Below, piece after piece: positions 1 to 14,357 of a stretch of DNA of 64,000 bases. Positions within the stretch are counted from its first letter, which is position 1; each line of letters opens with the position of its first letter. Under the pieces are notes generated by a model. It had not been told where the DNA came from, did not search any database, and saw only the letters and a program-made list of their open reading frames with translations. The stretch is from the NCBI RefSeq assembly GCF_009914755.1, contig NC_060928.1. One strand, given 5' to 3'. The translations under genes were made by a program, and so were the position numbers. The DNA is from the human T2T-CHM13v2.0 reference genome, Homo sapiens.

Positions 1-124
1 ACTACTCAGGAGCCTGAGGCAGAAGGATCAGTTGAGTCCAGGAGGTTGAGGCTACAGTGAGCCAAGATGGTGCCACTGCATTCCAGCCTGGATGACATAA
101 TGAGAACTTGTCTGAAAAAAAAAA
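1..124 (+). mobile_element. Alu right-arm 3' end (AluJ-like), cut by window edge
   Basis: gaggctacagtgagccaagatggtgccactgcattccagcctgg followed by an A tail. Confidence 0.9.
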
Positions 125-3100
125 GGAAGGAAGGAAGAAAATGAAAACCAAACAAGAGAAGAGAGGCTGATTCCATGATTTTCAACACAATAGAAATTTC
201 CATTGTTCTCTGAGATTCCCTTGGGCTCTGGTCTTCAGAATGTTATTGTTATTATTATTATTTCCTTTAGAACTTCTAATGAGCACATTGACCATTGCTT
301 CCAGGTTTTCGAATTGTCCTTTGCCCTTAAACTCCTCAGTGGCTTGGGTTTTATTCCAATAGAGCAGAGGATATGAAATATTTCTTGGTTAATGTTTCTG
401 GGTTTGCAGTATCAGTCAGTGACCAGAGTTGGATTTTACGTCTAAAAACCATATAAACTCAAGCCGAGACTTGTCTGGGTGTAGACTTCCCATTGCCAAA
501 TTTAATTTTATTATTTAAAGTCATGTTGAGAAGTCATGTAGGTGGTCTTTCTTCTAAGCTAGGACAGACTTATCAGTCTCACTTGCCTGGTACTACTTTA
601 TGAGGTAAATAATTAATTTGAGATATTAGGCATAAGCTGGTCTTGATCTGTTCTCAAACTCCAGGTGGGTAGAAAGCTCAACTGTTGACACAGGGCCTGG
701 CATGGGAAATGATTACATGGGAAGCCATGTCTGATAACCAGAAATGATACTTCATAATAACACAAAGATAATGAGAGAGATTGGGAGTCAGGTTAGTGTG
801 TGAAACTAGCAGTAGACCGAGAGGGAAAGTGGGTTGTGATCCTTCTTTGAAGTCACCACAGAGTCTTTCTGCTCCTTCACCCACTATGGTTAGTGAATGA
901 CCAAGGATACTGACTTTACCTCCTACTATTACTCAAATGTATATCTCTTCTCCGTCATTTCTCCTGTTCAGTTCCTCTTTCTCTCTAGCCTGGTCAATTG
1001 CAATATCTTTGTAACATGTTTTCTAGACTGTAATATTGCTCCTATTATCCATCCTTCCAACTAGGAAAGTAATATTCCTGAAGTCCAAATCATGCCATGT
1101 CCCTACCTTATTAGTTCTCTGTGTTGAGATCAGATGAAGCTATAGGCAGAGATGCTCTTATGACATGAAGGACTGGGGTTCCCTTGTAAGACCATCAGAA
1201 TTTGCCCTATCTAAGCCCCTACTCAGGAGCCTAGAGGAATCCCTGAACTGAATGGTCTGAGTCAGCTGATACTCTCAGATAACAGCACTTTGCTCATAAT
1301 ATATGAAAACAGGAGCATGATTTAGAAAAAAAAAAGGAACCAAAATCACCAGCTAATAGATATTATGCAATAAGCACATTACAGAAACACAAAGTCCTGG
1401 TGTACATCACCAGGGCAGTCCCTGAGGACAGTCTAGCCAATAACTACACTTAAGTTGGGTCTCCAGATCTGATTTTCTAAGTTTCTGATCCTGGATCCTT
1501 TCATAAATTATAGCTGCTACCTCCAATCCCACCCCAAGTCTCATGAACAGGAAATCTGTGAAAAAGTTTTACAGGGAGGTTTGAGAACTCCCTCTGAGCT
1601 AGCCAATCCAGAGTCTTGCTTTCAGCCAAGCTTCCATCATACCCAGATTTTAATGATGAGTTATTTATGTTCTCACTTAAGGAAATCCTTTCCTACCCTT
1701 TGGAACTTCTATTTATCTTGTTATTAAAACTGTCTTCAAATAGATTTCCTGCTGCAATACAACACACTTGGTGACTTTCTCAGTCTTACAATGGGATTAG
1801 ATATTTAGTGCTGAAAGGATCATTGCAAGGAGAGCAATCAGGTTTCTTCTCAGTGACAACTGCTTGGTCTTCTTTGCTGTAAAAGAACTTTGCTTTGAGC
1901 TTTGATACATGGAAAATGTCTGCCAGAGGCCCTGGTGAGAAAGAGTCCGTGTGTCTGCCCATCTTGGGTCATACCCTTGTCATCCAGGAACTAACAAGTC
2001 ACCCCAGTTTACATGCAGTTGGCATTGGATGGGTGTAGGCAAATCACCTGGACTATCAAAGATACAGTGTCTAAAAAAGGCTCACTTCCTCCCTATCCCA
2101 GGTGGTAACACTGCATCGCAAGTACAGGGCATCCCAAATACAGAACATCCCTAACCCTGCATGCCCAGGGCACTGTTCTCAGCTCTGCTGGTCTGACCAG
2201 GTAGTTTCACAGAATTCTTGCTTGGTTAACTTGTAGTTTTTTGACATGATGTGCTAGATAGGTAAGATTTAGGATTCTTATCCATGTAAATGAAACTTAA
2301 AAAGAATTTCTCCTGATTGAGTTGCTTAGGGTTTTTGTTTGTTTGTTTGGTATATATATATATATATATAAAGGGGATGTTAGGGCTGTAGTCAGTGGCT
2401 GATTATTTGAAAATTTCTTCAACAATATGGGTTCTGTTCTGCTAATTCTCAGACCAATGAGGGCCTGTGTATGCTAGCAGAGAGAGGAAAAGACTAGGGT
2501 TTTCAGATTAGGACTCTGGGCCAGAATTTGTTACCATGTGACCTTGGACCACTCATTTAACCAAAGCTTCCCAGCCATTCCCCGTGGAAAGGAAGTGGAT
2601 TGAATGACCTCCCGGTAGCCTCACCGGGATATTGCGGCTGCAGCAGAGCAAGGGCTGCATATAGAAGAGGAACATGAAGACTTTTTCCTTACAAAGTAAA
2701 TGATATGAATTGACTGTGGTAAAGTTTCTAAATCAGATTTTTTTTAGTCCAGAGGGACAGCTTTTAAAATGAGAGATTTATTTAAGTTATAAGGAAATAT
2801 CTGTCAACCCTGAGAAATTGCAAGATGATTATTTTGGTTGTGTGTGTGTATGTGTGTGTGTATTCCTAGTGGAGGGTGAGAGCTTGACTCTTAAGAATCA
2901 TATAAAATATCAAATTATCTCAACTTCTGATAAATAGGGGGAAAGACAGACATTTTGGGGAGGTTCAAACCTCTATAATTCTTTAGGCATTTAACCCCCC
3001 AAGAGCAGGGACTACATTTATTCATTCGTAGTGTCCTCCACTCCATATCAGCATCTGGCACCTAATATGCACTCCATAAATCTTTGTTGTGGTTGAATGA

Positions 3101-3179
3101 GATCATTTTCCCCATGTCTTTGAAAGACAGAGGCAAAAACAGAGTGTTCTCATTAATGGACAGGGTTTTATTTCATTTT

Positions 3180-3330
3180 CTTTCCCCTCCCCCCTCCTTC
3201 CTTTTTGCCTGTCTGCCTGCCTGCCTTCCTTCCTTCCTTCTTTCCTTCCTTCCTTCCTACCTTCCTTCCTTCCTACCTTCTTCCTTCCTTCCTTCCTTCT
3301 TGCCTGCTTGCCTGCCTGCCTGCCTGCCTG
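3180..3330. repeat. (CCTT)n/(CCTG)n compound microsatellite
   Basis: Directly visible pyrimidine-rich tetranucleotide repeats. Confidence 0.95.
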
Positions 3331-3532
3331 TGTTAAATAATCTGAATGATTTCAAAGAATCAAAAATGGCTGTTCACATTTGGTAGGGTTCTACGGAGCT
3401 TATCTAACATATTTCTAAATGAGTACTGTAACACATCTGGGGCCAGGCACCCAAGCCTGTTCCTGTGTACTCTCTCATTTGCCTAGAAAACATAAATACT
3501 GATACAGGTCAGGGAAGCAAACTCTTGAGGGC

Positions 3533-3990
3533 TGTATTAAAATTCTTTTTATTGCAAGCGATGTAAACTCAATGAAGCAAAAAGAAGATATTTATTGAAC
3601 CAGTACAAAAAGCGCAAGGGCATAGAGATTACATACCCTAGAGATCACTGGAAGTGGAACAAGAATGGAGCTAGGAGTCTCCTTCTCCTAACACTGCCTC
3701 TCTCTGCTTGTTTTCTTCATTCACACCACAGTCTGGGTACACAGCTGGTGAAGCCTCAAGATGCGGCATAGCCTTGCCCTTGGAAGAGAACTGAGAGCTA
3801 CTCTCTGGTTGTAAGTGAAGAAATCCCAGCAAAGGCTTCTGGTTGGTTAGGCTTAGGCCACATGCCCACCTGGGTGGCCAGTGAAACACTATGGTTGGGA
3901 AAACCTTAGAATGACTGACTGTAGACGGGAGGGCTATTCCCTTAAAGGAGGGATGCCTTTCCTAGAAAGGAGGGTGCTGGATAAACAAAG
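3533..3990 (-). mobile_element. Old MaLR LTR remnant (MLT1-like)
   Basis: tgtattaa...tattgcaag...aaactc...tttattg start and ctggttggttaggcttaggccacatgcccacc motif. Confidence 0.5.
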
Positions 3991-5104
3991 TGCATCTCTA
4001 GGGGTCAGGGAGTAGTCATAGAAACTATGGACCAAAAGATAGCATTTGCTGACCAAGAGGCCCCAGTTTACTCCTAAATGTTCAGAGGGTGCATTTAACT
4101 TCAGTGACTTCAATCAATTCTGTAAATTTTGGTAAACAGAAAAAAGCAGAAGAAATAGACAAAATAGAAAAATAACAATATAAATTATGCAATCAATTCA
4201 GCCTGATAGTCTACTCACTGAGTATATGTCCTAAAGCAAGAATCAGGAAGATAATGAATCGCAGTTGGTCTCATTTCCCCCCAGAACAAACATCTTTTCC
4301 TTTATCTAGTACTGAACCAGAAAAGTAGAGGGCCGTTCCAGTGCTGGAGGGAAACTGTGCTGGGCTTATGAAGAGGCAGGTGCCAAAATAGTGCCTTCCT
4401 AGAAGATTTTTCAGGACAGTCTTGACTATATGTGATTTTCACTGTATACACTGATGAATTTTAGAATTTAAACATCCATAAAACACGGTGCCTTTTAGGC
4501 TTTTTGTATGTGCATCTGGGTGTATTATTCAGAATGAAATCTCTTTACTGAATCTTTCCTATTTATGAGAATTGGGTGGAAATGATCAGGACAGCTAATG
4601 AGTGGATTTGTGAGGTGTGAGGTGTGACAATATTGTAACGGAAGATTTTGTGTTGAGCTTCTTGTGTTTTAATCATTTCTTGAAATTCTGCTTGATGCTT
4701 TAATGGATGTATTTGATTATAGACACACAAGACTAGCTTCTTTTAGGTCATCTAATTCCATTGTCCAGCTAATCCTTACAACCCAAAATATTATCCAGAG
4801 TGGAACTGAATACTCCAGTAATCAGGGACACCTCCCATTCAAAGCAAGCCTTTGATCTTCAGATAACTCTGACCATTAAAATGATGTCCCCTGTACATTA
4901 AGCCCAAATTTGAATTCCTATAATTTATACTCTTTGATATTATATCTCTTTCCAGGGTCAAAGAGAAATCATCTAATCCCTCTGCCTCTTGGCAGCATTT
5001 CAAGACTTTGAAGAGACCAGTCATGTCGCAACAAGTCTCTCTGTTATCTTCCCTTGCTTTATTTTCACCAACTGTTGATGATGATGATGATAACAACACT
5101 AGTA

Positions 5105-5365
5105 ATAACAATTAACAATAATTGGGTGCATGTTATGTGCCAGGTGTTCTAAGCTATATATATATATACTCATACAAATCTCATAAAAATCCTAGAAGGT
5201 ATTATCCCCATTTTACAGATAAGGAAACTGAGGCCCAGAAAGGTTGCATAATGTGGCTCAGAGAGGCACAGAGAGATTAGATAATGTGCTCAAAGTTATA
5301 CAGCTAGTGAGTAACAAAGCCTAACTTTGAGCTCAGGCAATTGGGCTCCTGGGCCTTCCTTTGCT
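5105..5365 (-). mobile_element. MIR
   Basis: Core attatccccattttacagataaggaaactgaggcccaga. Confidence 0.85.
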
Positions 5366-6002
5366 AGGTGACACTACTCTGAGTGTGATCCAGGTTGTCC
5401 CCATTTCTCTTAGAATAATGTCCAGAAGTGGATACAATCCTACAGGATCTGCCTGCCATGAACTATTAATGCCACTCAAGTTTTCATTAGCCACATGCTA
5501 CACCTCCTTCTAAACATTGACGCAAAGAGGAGCTCATCCACTTCCTTAACAAATGTGGTTATACCTATGCTATTTTCAGTGTGTGGAGTTAATTCACATC
5601 AAGCCAATCAGATCAATCACCACAGCTTTTTCCCCAGTGTTTGGGCAGCTAAAGCTAGGGACCGCTATCATAGCGGAGAATTCTCACTGTGTATGAGAAT
5701 CATAGTCTTCTGTTGTGGTAACGAGGGAATACTATTTCCATCTTTGGCTGTGGAATAGCTTTCCGTGGCTGCTGCTAAGCTCAGGAGAGTTAGCAAATCA
5801 TATGCCTTCATTACTATTTGGTTCTGTAACAGGAGTCTTTTTTTTTAAATCATTCATGACCTAATCTCTAATATTCCCTTTAAGGGTTTGATTAAAGTTG
5901 AGTACCTTTGAAAAAACACTGACGTGATTAAATATGGTGGACAGAAATCTATTTACAGTCAATAAGCTAATAAGGCCTGGGGTTTCAAGAGATGTGAAGC
6001 CT

Positions 6003-6061
6003 GTGTGTATGTATATGTGTGTGTGTGTGCGCACATATGTGTGTGTGTGCACACATGTGTG
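6003..6061. repeat. (TG)n imperfect microsatellite
   Basis: Directly visible. Confidence 0.9.
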
Positions 6062-6599
6062 TTGAAAGATAAATAGACAATTTTCCGAATTATTTTATGA
6101 TGTTGCTATTACAAACATATTAGCTAACTCTGGAAACTGGTCTAAATTGCTGGGACCTAAATAAAACATCTTAGAAGACAATTATGGCATTCAAGTCAGT
6201 AAGACATAATTTGCTTTGTTTTCAATTGTTCTATACAGTCATCCTGATAACAATATTCCAAAGCTGTTAAGCTCACATTGCATTCTATGCAAGCCAATAC
6301 CACTCTACTTGCACAATAGTTTCACATTTTCACACAGAAAAATAACATTGTAGAAGTGGCGACGGCAAAGTCATTGTGCCCCAGTGATGCCCATGATTAA
6401 TAAAAGGTGACGTAGGTGATTAATCAGAAGTTGTACATGTTGCCAAATTTACAGACTTGTGGGTTTCAGTATAGATCACTGTACTTTATAAACCTCTCAT
6501 TCATTCATTCAATAAACTTTTAAATGTTCACAGGCCCATTAAGTACTGGGAATACAAAAAAACATAATCCTCTACTTTCACCATGTAATCAACTTAATA

Positions 6600-7170
6600 T
6601 TACCAATAATGGGGATTGGTAAGCAAGTCAGTGTCATAATGTGCCTCCTGATATGATGCACTGGCAAGGACATGATATCATCTTGTGGTTCCTGCCAAAC
6701 ATGCTTAACCTCAATCTAATCGTGAGGAAACAATCAGACAAATCCAAATTTGGGGGCAACATATTAAACAATTAAACTCTTTTAAAATGTCAATGTCTTG
6801 AAAGGAAAAATAAGAAAAAAAGGCAGGGAACTGTTGGAGGGTAGAAACATGATAATTAAATACAGTGAATGATCCCTGATTGGATCTTTTTTTTTTTTAA
6901 ATGTCATTATTAGGACAACGGAGAAGTTTGAATATCTAGTCTATATTATATATGAATAAGTACTTTATTATATGCTATATATTATATACTTATGATATTA
7001 AGTATATATTATATACTAATAAATATTATATACTAAAAAGTACCAGTGTAGCTTTTTTTAGTGTGATAATGATATAATTATATGAGAATATCTTTATTCT
7101 TAGGAGATACATAATAAGGCATTAAGAGGTAAAATGTCATGCCTAAAGCTTACTTTTAAATGGTTCTGTT
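6600..7170 (+). mobile_element. Old L1M (L1MD/ME-like) 3' region
   Basis: aacctcaatctaatcgtgaggaaacaatcagacaaatccaaatt and ttcttaggagatac motifs typical of ancient L1 3' UTRs. Confidence 0.65.
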
Positions 7171-7575
<405 letters not shown>

Positions 7576-7694
7576 CTATAGTAATAGCTATATTAACATA
7601 TCTTTTATATTTCACATTATACATACATTTTCTATTAATGTCTATATGAGCATCTATATTGTGTGTCTATTATATCTCACTACATATGGCTATA

Positions 7695-8135
7695 CTATTA
7701 GTTTCCTAGGGCTACCAGAACACATTCTCACAAACCAGGTAGCTAAAAACAAAAGAAGTTATTCTCTCACAGTTCTGGAGGCTTGAAGTCTGAAATCAGG
7801 GTGGTGGCAGGGCCATGCTCCCTGCAAAGCCTGTAGGAGAGAAACTTCCCCAGTGTCCTCCAGCTTCTGGTAGTTGCCAGCACTCCTTGTCATTCCTCGG
7901 CTTGTAGTTGCATCACTTCAAGCTTTGCCTCCATCTTCATGGGACATTCTCTCTGTGTGTCTCTGTCTAAACTTCTTTCTTTTTATAAGGACCCCACTTA
8001 CTGGATTAAGGCCCATCCGAGTTCTATGTGACCTCATCTTAACTTGATTGTATCTGCAAAGACCCAATTTCCAAGTAAGGCTGTATTCCCAGGTACTGAG
8101 TAGACCTGAATTTGGGGGACACTGTTCAACCCAGT
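7695..8135 (-). mobile_element. MLT1 (MaLR) LTR
   Basis: tattagtttcctagggct...ctcacagttctggaggct...gggggacactgttcaaccc. Confidence 0.85.
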
Positions 8136-9659
8136 AAGGTATATAAAGATATTACAGAGGGAGAGGGAGGGTGTATAGGATGGGAGCATGTACAATGTAG
8201 CAAAATATTAATAGATGATGGATTTTGGTGAAAGGTAGGTGACTGTTCATTTTGCCCTTCTTTCAATGATTCTAAAGTTTGAAATATTTCCAAATAAAAT
8301 TAAAATTTGGGGAAAATATACTATATCAAAAGAAGACATTGCCTTTGTTCTTCAGGCTATGTCGAAGTTATGGAGGACACTGGAGCAAATGCCTCATGAT
8401 GATAGCACTGCAGGGCCCTGCAGGAACAGGGAAGACAGCAGACAGTGCCAACTGTGCTTGGGAACATTAGGAAGCGTTTCCATGAGCAGTGACAGCCGGT
8501 TGAACAGAGTTTTGAAGGATAGTGTCAGAGTCAGCAGCAGGGATGCAGGTGCATCTGGGGAGCTGCCAGTTGGCCAGAATAGTTGGAACAAGGGGCGTGT
8601 GTGTGTGACAATGGTGGTGCCGAGGCTGGAGAGAGGCAGGAAGCCTGTCATCCAGGACGCTGCACCATGAAGACTGGGGGAGCTGTGGCAGAACTTTAAG
8701 CAAGGTGTAACCTGAGCAAAGTTTTGTGTGAGGGCTGGGGCTATGAAGAAGCCTGAAGACAAACTAATTGGAAGACTGGTGGGACAAGCGGACAAGCCAG
8801 AGGAGAAACAAGGCAAAGAAGAGTAGAAAGAGAGTGCAATAGTTAGCAGGAGGTAGAGGGTCCGGGCAAATGTTTGTTTTTATAAGAAGAGAGAAACGTA
8901 AGCATCTGTATATGCCGAGGAAGAAGAGTCAGCAGATGGGGCAGATTGCAGATCCAGGAGAGCAGAGATGATGAAGGAAGCAAGTCCTGGGACATGGGAC
9001 CCAGAACACAATGGGAAAGAGCCCTATTTCTACTGGGATGTTGAGGCAGGGGACTGGAGAGAGGGGAGGCGTAGGCCTCAGATCTTCTCAGGACCTCATG
9101 AAGAACAAGGGAGAGGGGAACAGTGACCAGGCAGGGGCAGAACCGTGGAAGACTGACTGGGGTGGACAGGAGAAAGGAAGAGAGTGAGCCCAAAGGAGGC
9201 GAAAACAGGGTTACTGGTGAGGGAATTGGGAAGCAAAATGATGAGTCTTGGTTCGAATGTTATCGACTCAGGGATCAGTATCCTGCCTTAATTAACAAAA
9301 CAGGGTTTCTCCCTGCTGCATCCTCCAGGCACACCTGGATGGGGCATGTTAGGTTTCACCATCAACCCTTACAAGGGCTGCTTCAATAGATTTGTGCCCA
9401 GGATTCCCAGAAAACAGGTTTCCATGAATGCCACTGATACAGAGAGTTGGGTTAGTGGGTACCCCTTCACCCTGCCCCCAAGAGCTTTTTATGTTAGTTT
9501 ATGAAAGGGAAGGACGTCCGTCATGCCATTCCATTTAACTGTTAACTATCCAGGGGTTACGGTAACACACAAGGCTGATGAGATGTGTAGGCTCAAAAAC
9601 AGAGCAGGCCAAAGGTAGGCATGCCAGGACCTAGGGCTGAAATGATTTCCTCTATCATG

Positions 9660-10400
9660 TGGACATAAGTTTCCATTTTTCTGGAATAAATGCCCAGAAG
9701 AGTGCAATTGCTAGATCATATGTTTTGAAAGAAACTACCAAACTATCTTCCAGAGTGTCTATAACATTTTACATTCCCACCAGCAATGTATGAGAGATCA
9801 AGTTTCTCCATATCTTGCTAGCATTTGGTATTTGTATTAGTCTGTTCTTATGCTGCTCTAAAGAACTGCCCAAGACTGGGTAATTTATAAAGGAAAGAGG
9901 TTTAATTGACTCACAGTTCCAAATTGCTGGGGAGGCCTCAGGAAACTTACAGTCATGGTGGAAGGCAAAGGAGAAGCAGGCACCTTCTTCACAGGGTGAC
10001 AGGACAGAGTGAGTGCAAGCAAGGGAAATGCCAGACACTTATAAAACCATCAGATCTCGTGAGACTCACTCACTGTCATGAGAACATCATGGGGGAAACC
10101 ACCCCCATGATCTAATTATCTCCACCTGGTCCCCCCCTTGACACATGGGGATTATGGGGATTACAATTCAAAATGAGATTTTGGGTGGGGACACAGCCAA
10201 ACCATATCAGTATTATTACTATTTCTTTTAATCTTAGTGATTCTAACAGGTATGTAATGACATCTCAATGTGGTGTTAACATGCATTGCCCTAATGGCTA
10301 GTGATGCTGAACATCATTTCATGCACTTATTTACCATGATGTGACCTCTGCAGTTGGATGTCTCCTCATGTTTTTGCCCATTTTCAAATTAGATTGTTTT
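9660..10400 (-). mobile_element. Old L1 fragment (antisense), interrupted by an LTR
   Basis: ttttacattcccaccagcaatgtatgag and ctaatggctagtgatgctgaacat motifs. Confidence 0.75.
9833..10209 (-). mobile_element. THE1/MST-type MaLR solo LTR
   Basis: tgtattagtctgttct...cagccaaaccatatca with TG..CA ends and a 5-bp TSD GTATT (9828-9832, 10210-10214). Confidence 0.92.
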
Positions 10401-10819
10401 TTTCTTAATGCAAAGATTTTTAAAGCCTTTTAGTAACATTCTTAGAGGCTTTTAAAAATCATTCTTCCAAGTACAGAATATATTTCAATTCAGCTCTCAG
10501 TAGCAGGGTGTTAACTCTAAACCCATCATTGCCTCAGCATGGATGCAGGATCCAATCCTCTGTTATTCAGCACGGGCATTTTCCCCACATGTCACATTCA
10601 AAAAACACTGCTACATCCTCATCTCTTTCCCAGCCATTACCTGAACTTTACCCCTGAGCTAGAATCTCCAGAGAAGCTTGAACTTTAGCTTCTAGAGTTG
10701 CTCCTGACCTCATACTTTGCTATTGCACCACTAAGCTGAAACCAAGAGTTGAAACCAAGCTTTGGGAATTATACCTCTTTTTCTGGATCCACATGCCCTG
10801 TGATATAAAAATAAATGTC

Positions 10820-11113
10820 GGCCAGGTGCGGTGGCTCATGCCTGTAATCCCAGCGTTTTGGGAGGCCAAGGCAGGTGGATCACCTGAGGTCAAGATTCAA
10901 GACCAGCCTGGCCAAGATGGTGAAACCCCATCTCTACTAAAAATACAAAAATTAGCTGGGCGTGGTGGCAGGTGCCTGTAATCCCAGCTACTCGGGAGGC
11001 TGAGGCAGGAGAATTGCTTGAACCTGGCAGGCAGAGGTTGCCATGAGCTGAGATCGTGCACTGCACTCCAGCCTGGGCAACAGAATGAGACTCCATCTCA
11101 AAAGAAAAAAATA
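10820..11113 (+). mobile_element. AluS
   Basis: Full dimer, TSD aaaaataaatgtc. Confidence 0.95.
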
Positions 11114-12021
11114 AAAAATAAATGTCAGTGTGTTCCTTTGTACTTGTTCCCCTGTGCGCCAGCCAGTTTGTAATTTGTCTCCTAACCCAAAAGGCAAAGA
11201 GTAAATGGGAAAGAGTAGGAACTTGAAAATGTGACTCCCTAAAGACAGTGGGTCCCCTTTGAACATCATTAATTTGCAGGCATAGGAAGGAAATAAAAGA
11301 ATGTGGAAGAGAACGTCTACAGGAGGAAGTCTTGGGTACACTGTACACCACATGGGACATAGCCTTCCCTAACGTACTGAGAGTCTCTGGCAGGTTATTT
11401 TTAACTGCCACATTGTCAAGTAAATGTTTGCACTTTGATAAGTGTCCTGTCCACTGGCTTGTTCTAAACTCTGGTCTGGGAGCTTACCAGAAGAGCCTAG
11501 GAGTGGTATGCAAGAGAGAGAGCCTGGATGAGTGAAATATAATAATTGTTTAGCTGCCAGCCCTGATGTCTATGACAGATCAAACAATCCACTTGCATTG
11601 TGTTTCACTGCTTGCATCACCTGGTCATGAGTTTTCAGTGGAATTTGTGGAATGGATTGTTCTCACGGAGTCACCCAATATCCCTGAACAATGGTAGCAT
11701 ACATTCTTAGTTTTATATAAGAGCTAATAAGGAATGTTCCAGCCACCCGATCGGAGGCAGAGAGCTGTTGCTGATGCTTGCCTACTTTCTTTCTTTCTTT
11801 CACACTCTCCCTTTCTCCTTCTCCTGTCTGAAGGAAGAAAGAAGGGGGCAGGCAGGGAAGGAAAAAAGATCCATTATGTAGAGGTCACTAGAAGAGTGAC
11901 ACCACAGGTTGGAGGGAAGATAAATATGAAATATGGAAAATAAGGGGTACTCTGTGGTTTTTCCCTTCATAAAATTTGCTTTTATTTATTTATTGGTTCT
12001 TCCTCAGTGAATAACCTTCTA

Positions 12022-12730
<709 letters not shown>

Positions 12731-13045
12731 CTACTACATCTTCTTAAAAAGTTATTCTAATTTCTGCACTGATGATTAAAATCCTTTAAGAGAGCATCAA
12801 GCCTCTCATTCTGAAACTTGAGATAAAATGGAAATAGTAACAGTGAATTAATTTACACTGAAACATGTTGCAGGAATAAATTTTTACAATCACATTTGTC
12901 AAGTGAGCCAAGAAGTAATTTTATTTCTCTATAATTGAATTAGATTAACTTATTATCCCCAATTTCTACTTGGTAATAGAAAACTATATCTTTCTAATTC
13001 AAGATAAATCCAATTACTTCTTGTTTAGAACTCAGTCAACTTAGT

Positions 13046-13215
13046 CTTTCTTTCTTTCCTTCTTCTTCTTCTTCTTCTTTTTTTTTTTTTTTTGAGACAG
13101 GGTCTTCCTATGTCCTATGTTGCCCAGGATGTACTTGAACTCTTGGGCTCAAGCAAATCATCCTGCCTCAGCTTCCTAAGTAGCTTGGGACTATAGGCTT
13201 GCTCATGCTCAGCAA
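13046..13215 (-). mobile_element. Alu monomer (FLAM/AluJ-like) with (CTT)n/T tail
   Basis: tttgagacagggtct...gaactcttgggctcaagc. Confidence 0.8.
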
Positions 13216-13265
13216 AAGCCAGTCTTTCTTCAGTAAATTCTTAGTCAATATAGGACTTCTCTCCT

Positions 13266-13615
<350 letters not shown>

Positions 13616-13957
13616 TGAAGAATGATCTTGGTTCCTGTGGTTCCTACATATGATCTTGACATTAATGGGTGGGCAACTGTGACGTCTTCCTTGTGAGGAG
13701 GCCTCCTCTGAGATGGCTTTGGCTTTAGGTATCTATCCTCACTGCCATCTGCCGCTGATGTTCACAGTCTAAACTTGCCCCGGTCTATGCAACCATAAGG
13801 ACATTCCCAGTCCATTGGATTTCTCTCAGCCAAACTATTGTTGGAGCTCATGGGGAAGGATGTCGGGGAAACCATGGGAAAAATTCAGATGCCCTTCTGT
13901 GCTACTAGGATGTTTCTGGAAACATGGAGGTGGAGATGGTGGGTCTCTCTTAGATAG

Positions 13958-14357
<400 letters not shown>

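Noticed and set aside
8239-9389. Cluster of overlapping 80-143 aa ORFs
   Set aside because: Purine-rich, probably old L2-like sequence. No coherent splice sites or homology that I can recognise.
10890-11411. 173-aa ORF and the many ORFs containing [11 protein letters not shown] / WLTPVIPA
   Set aside because: Translations of Alu sequence.
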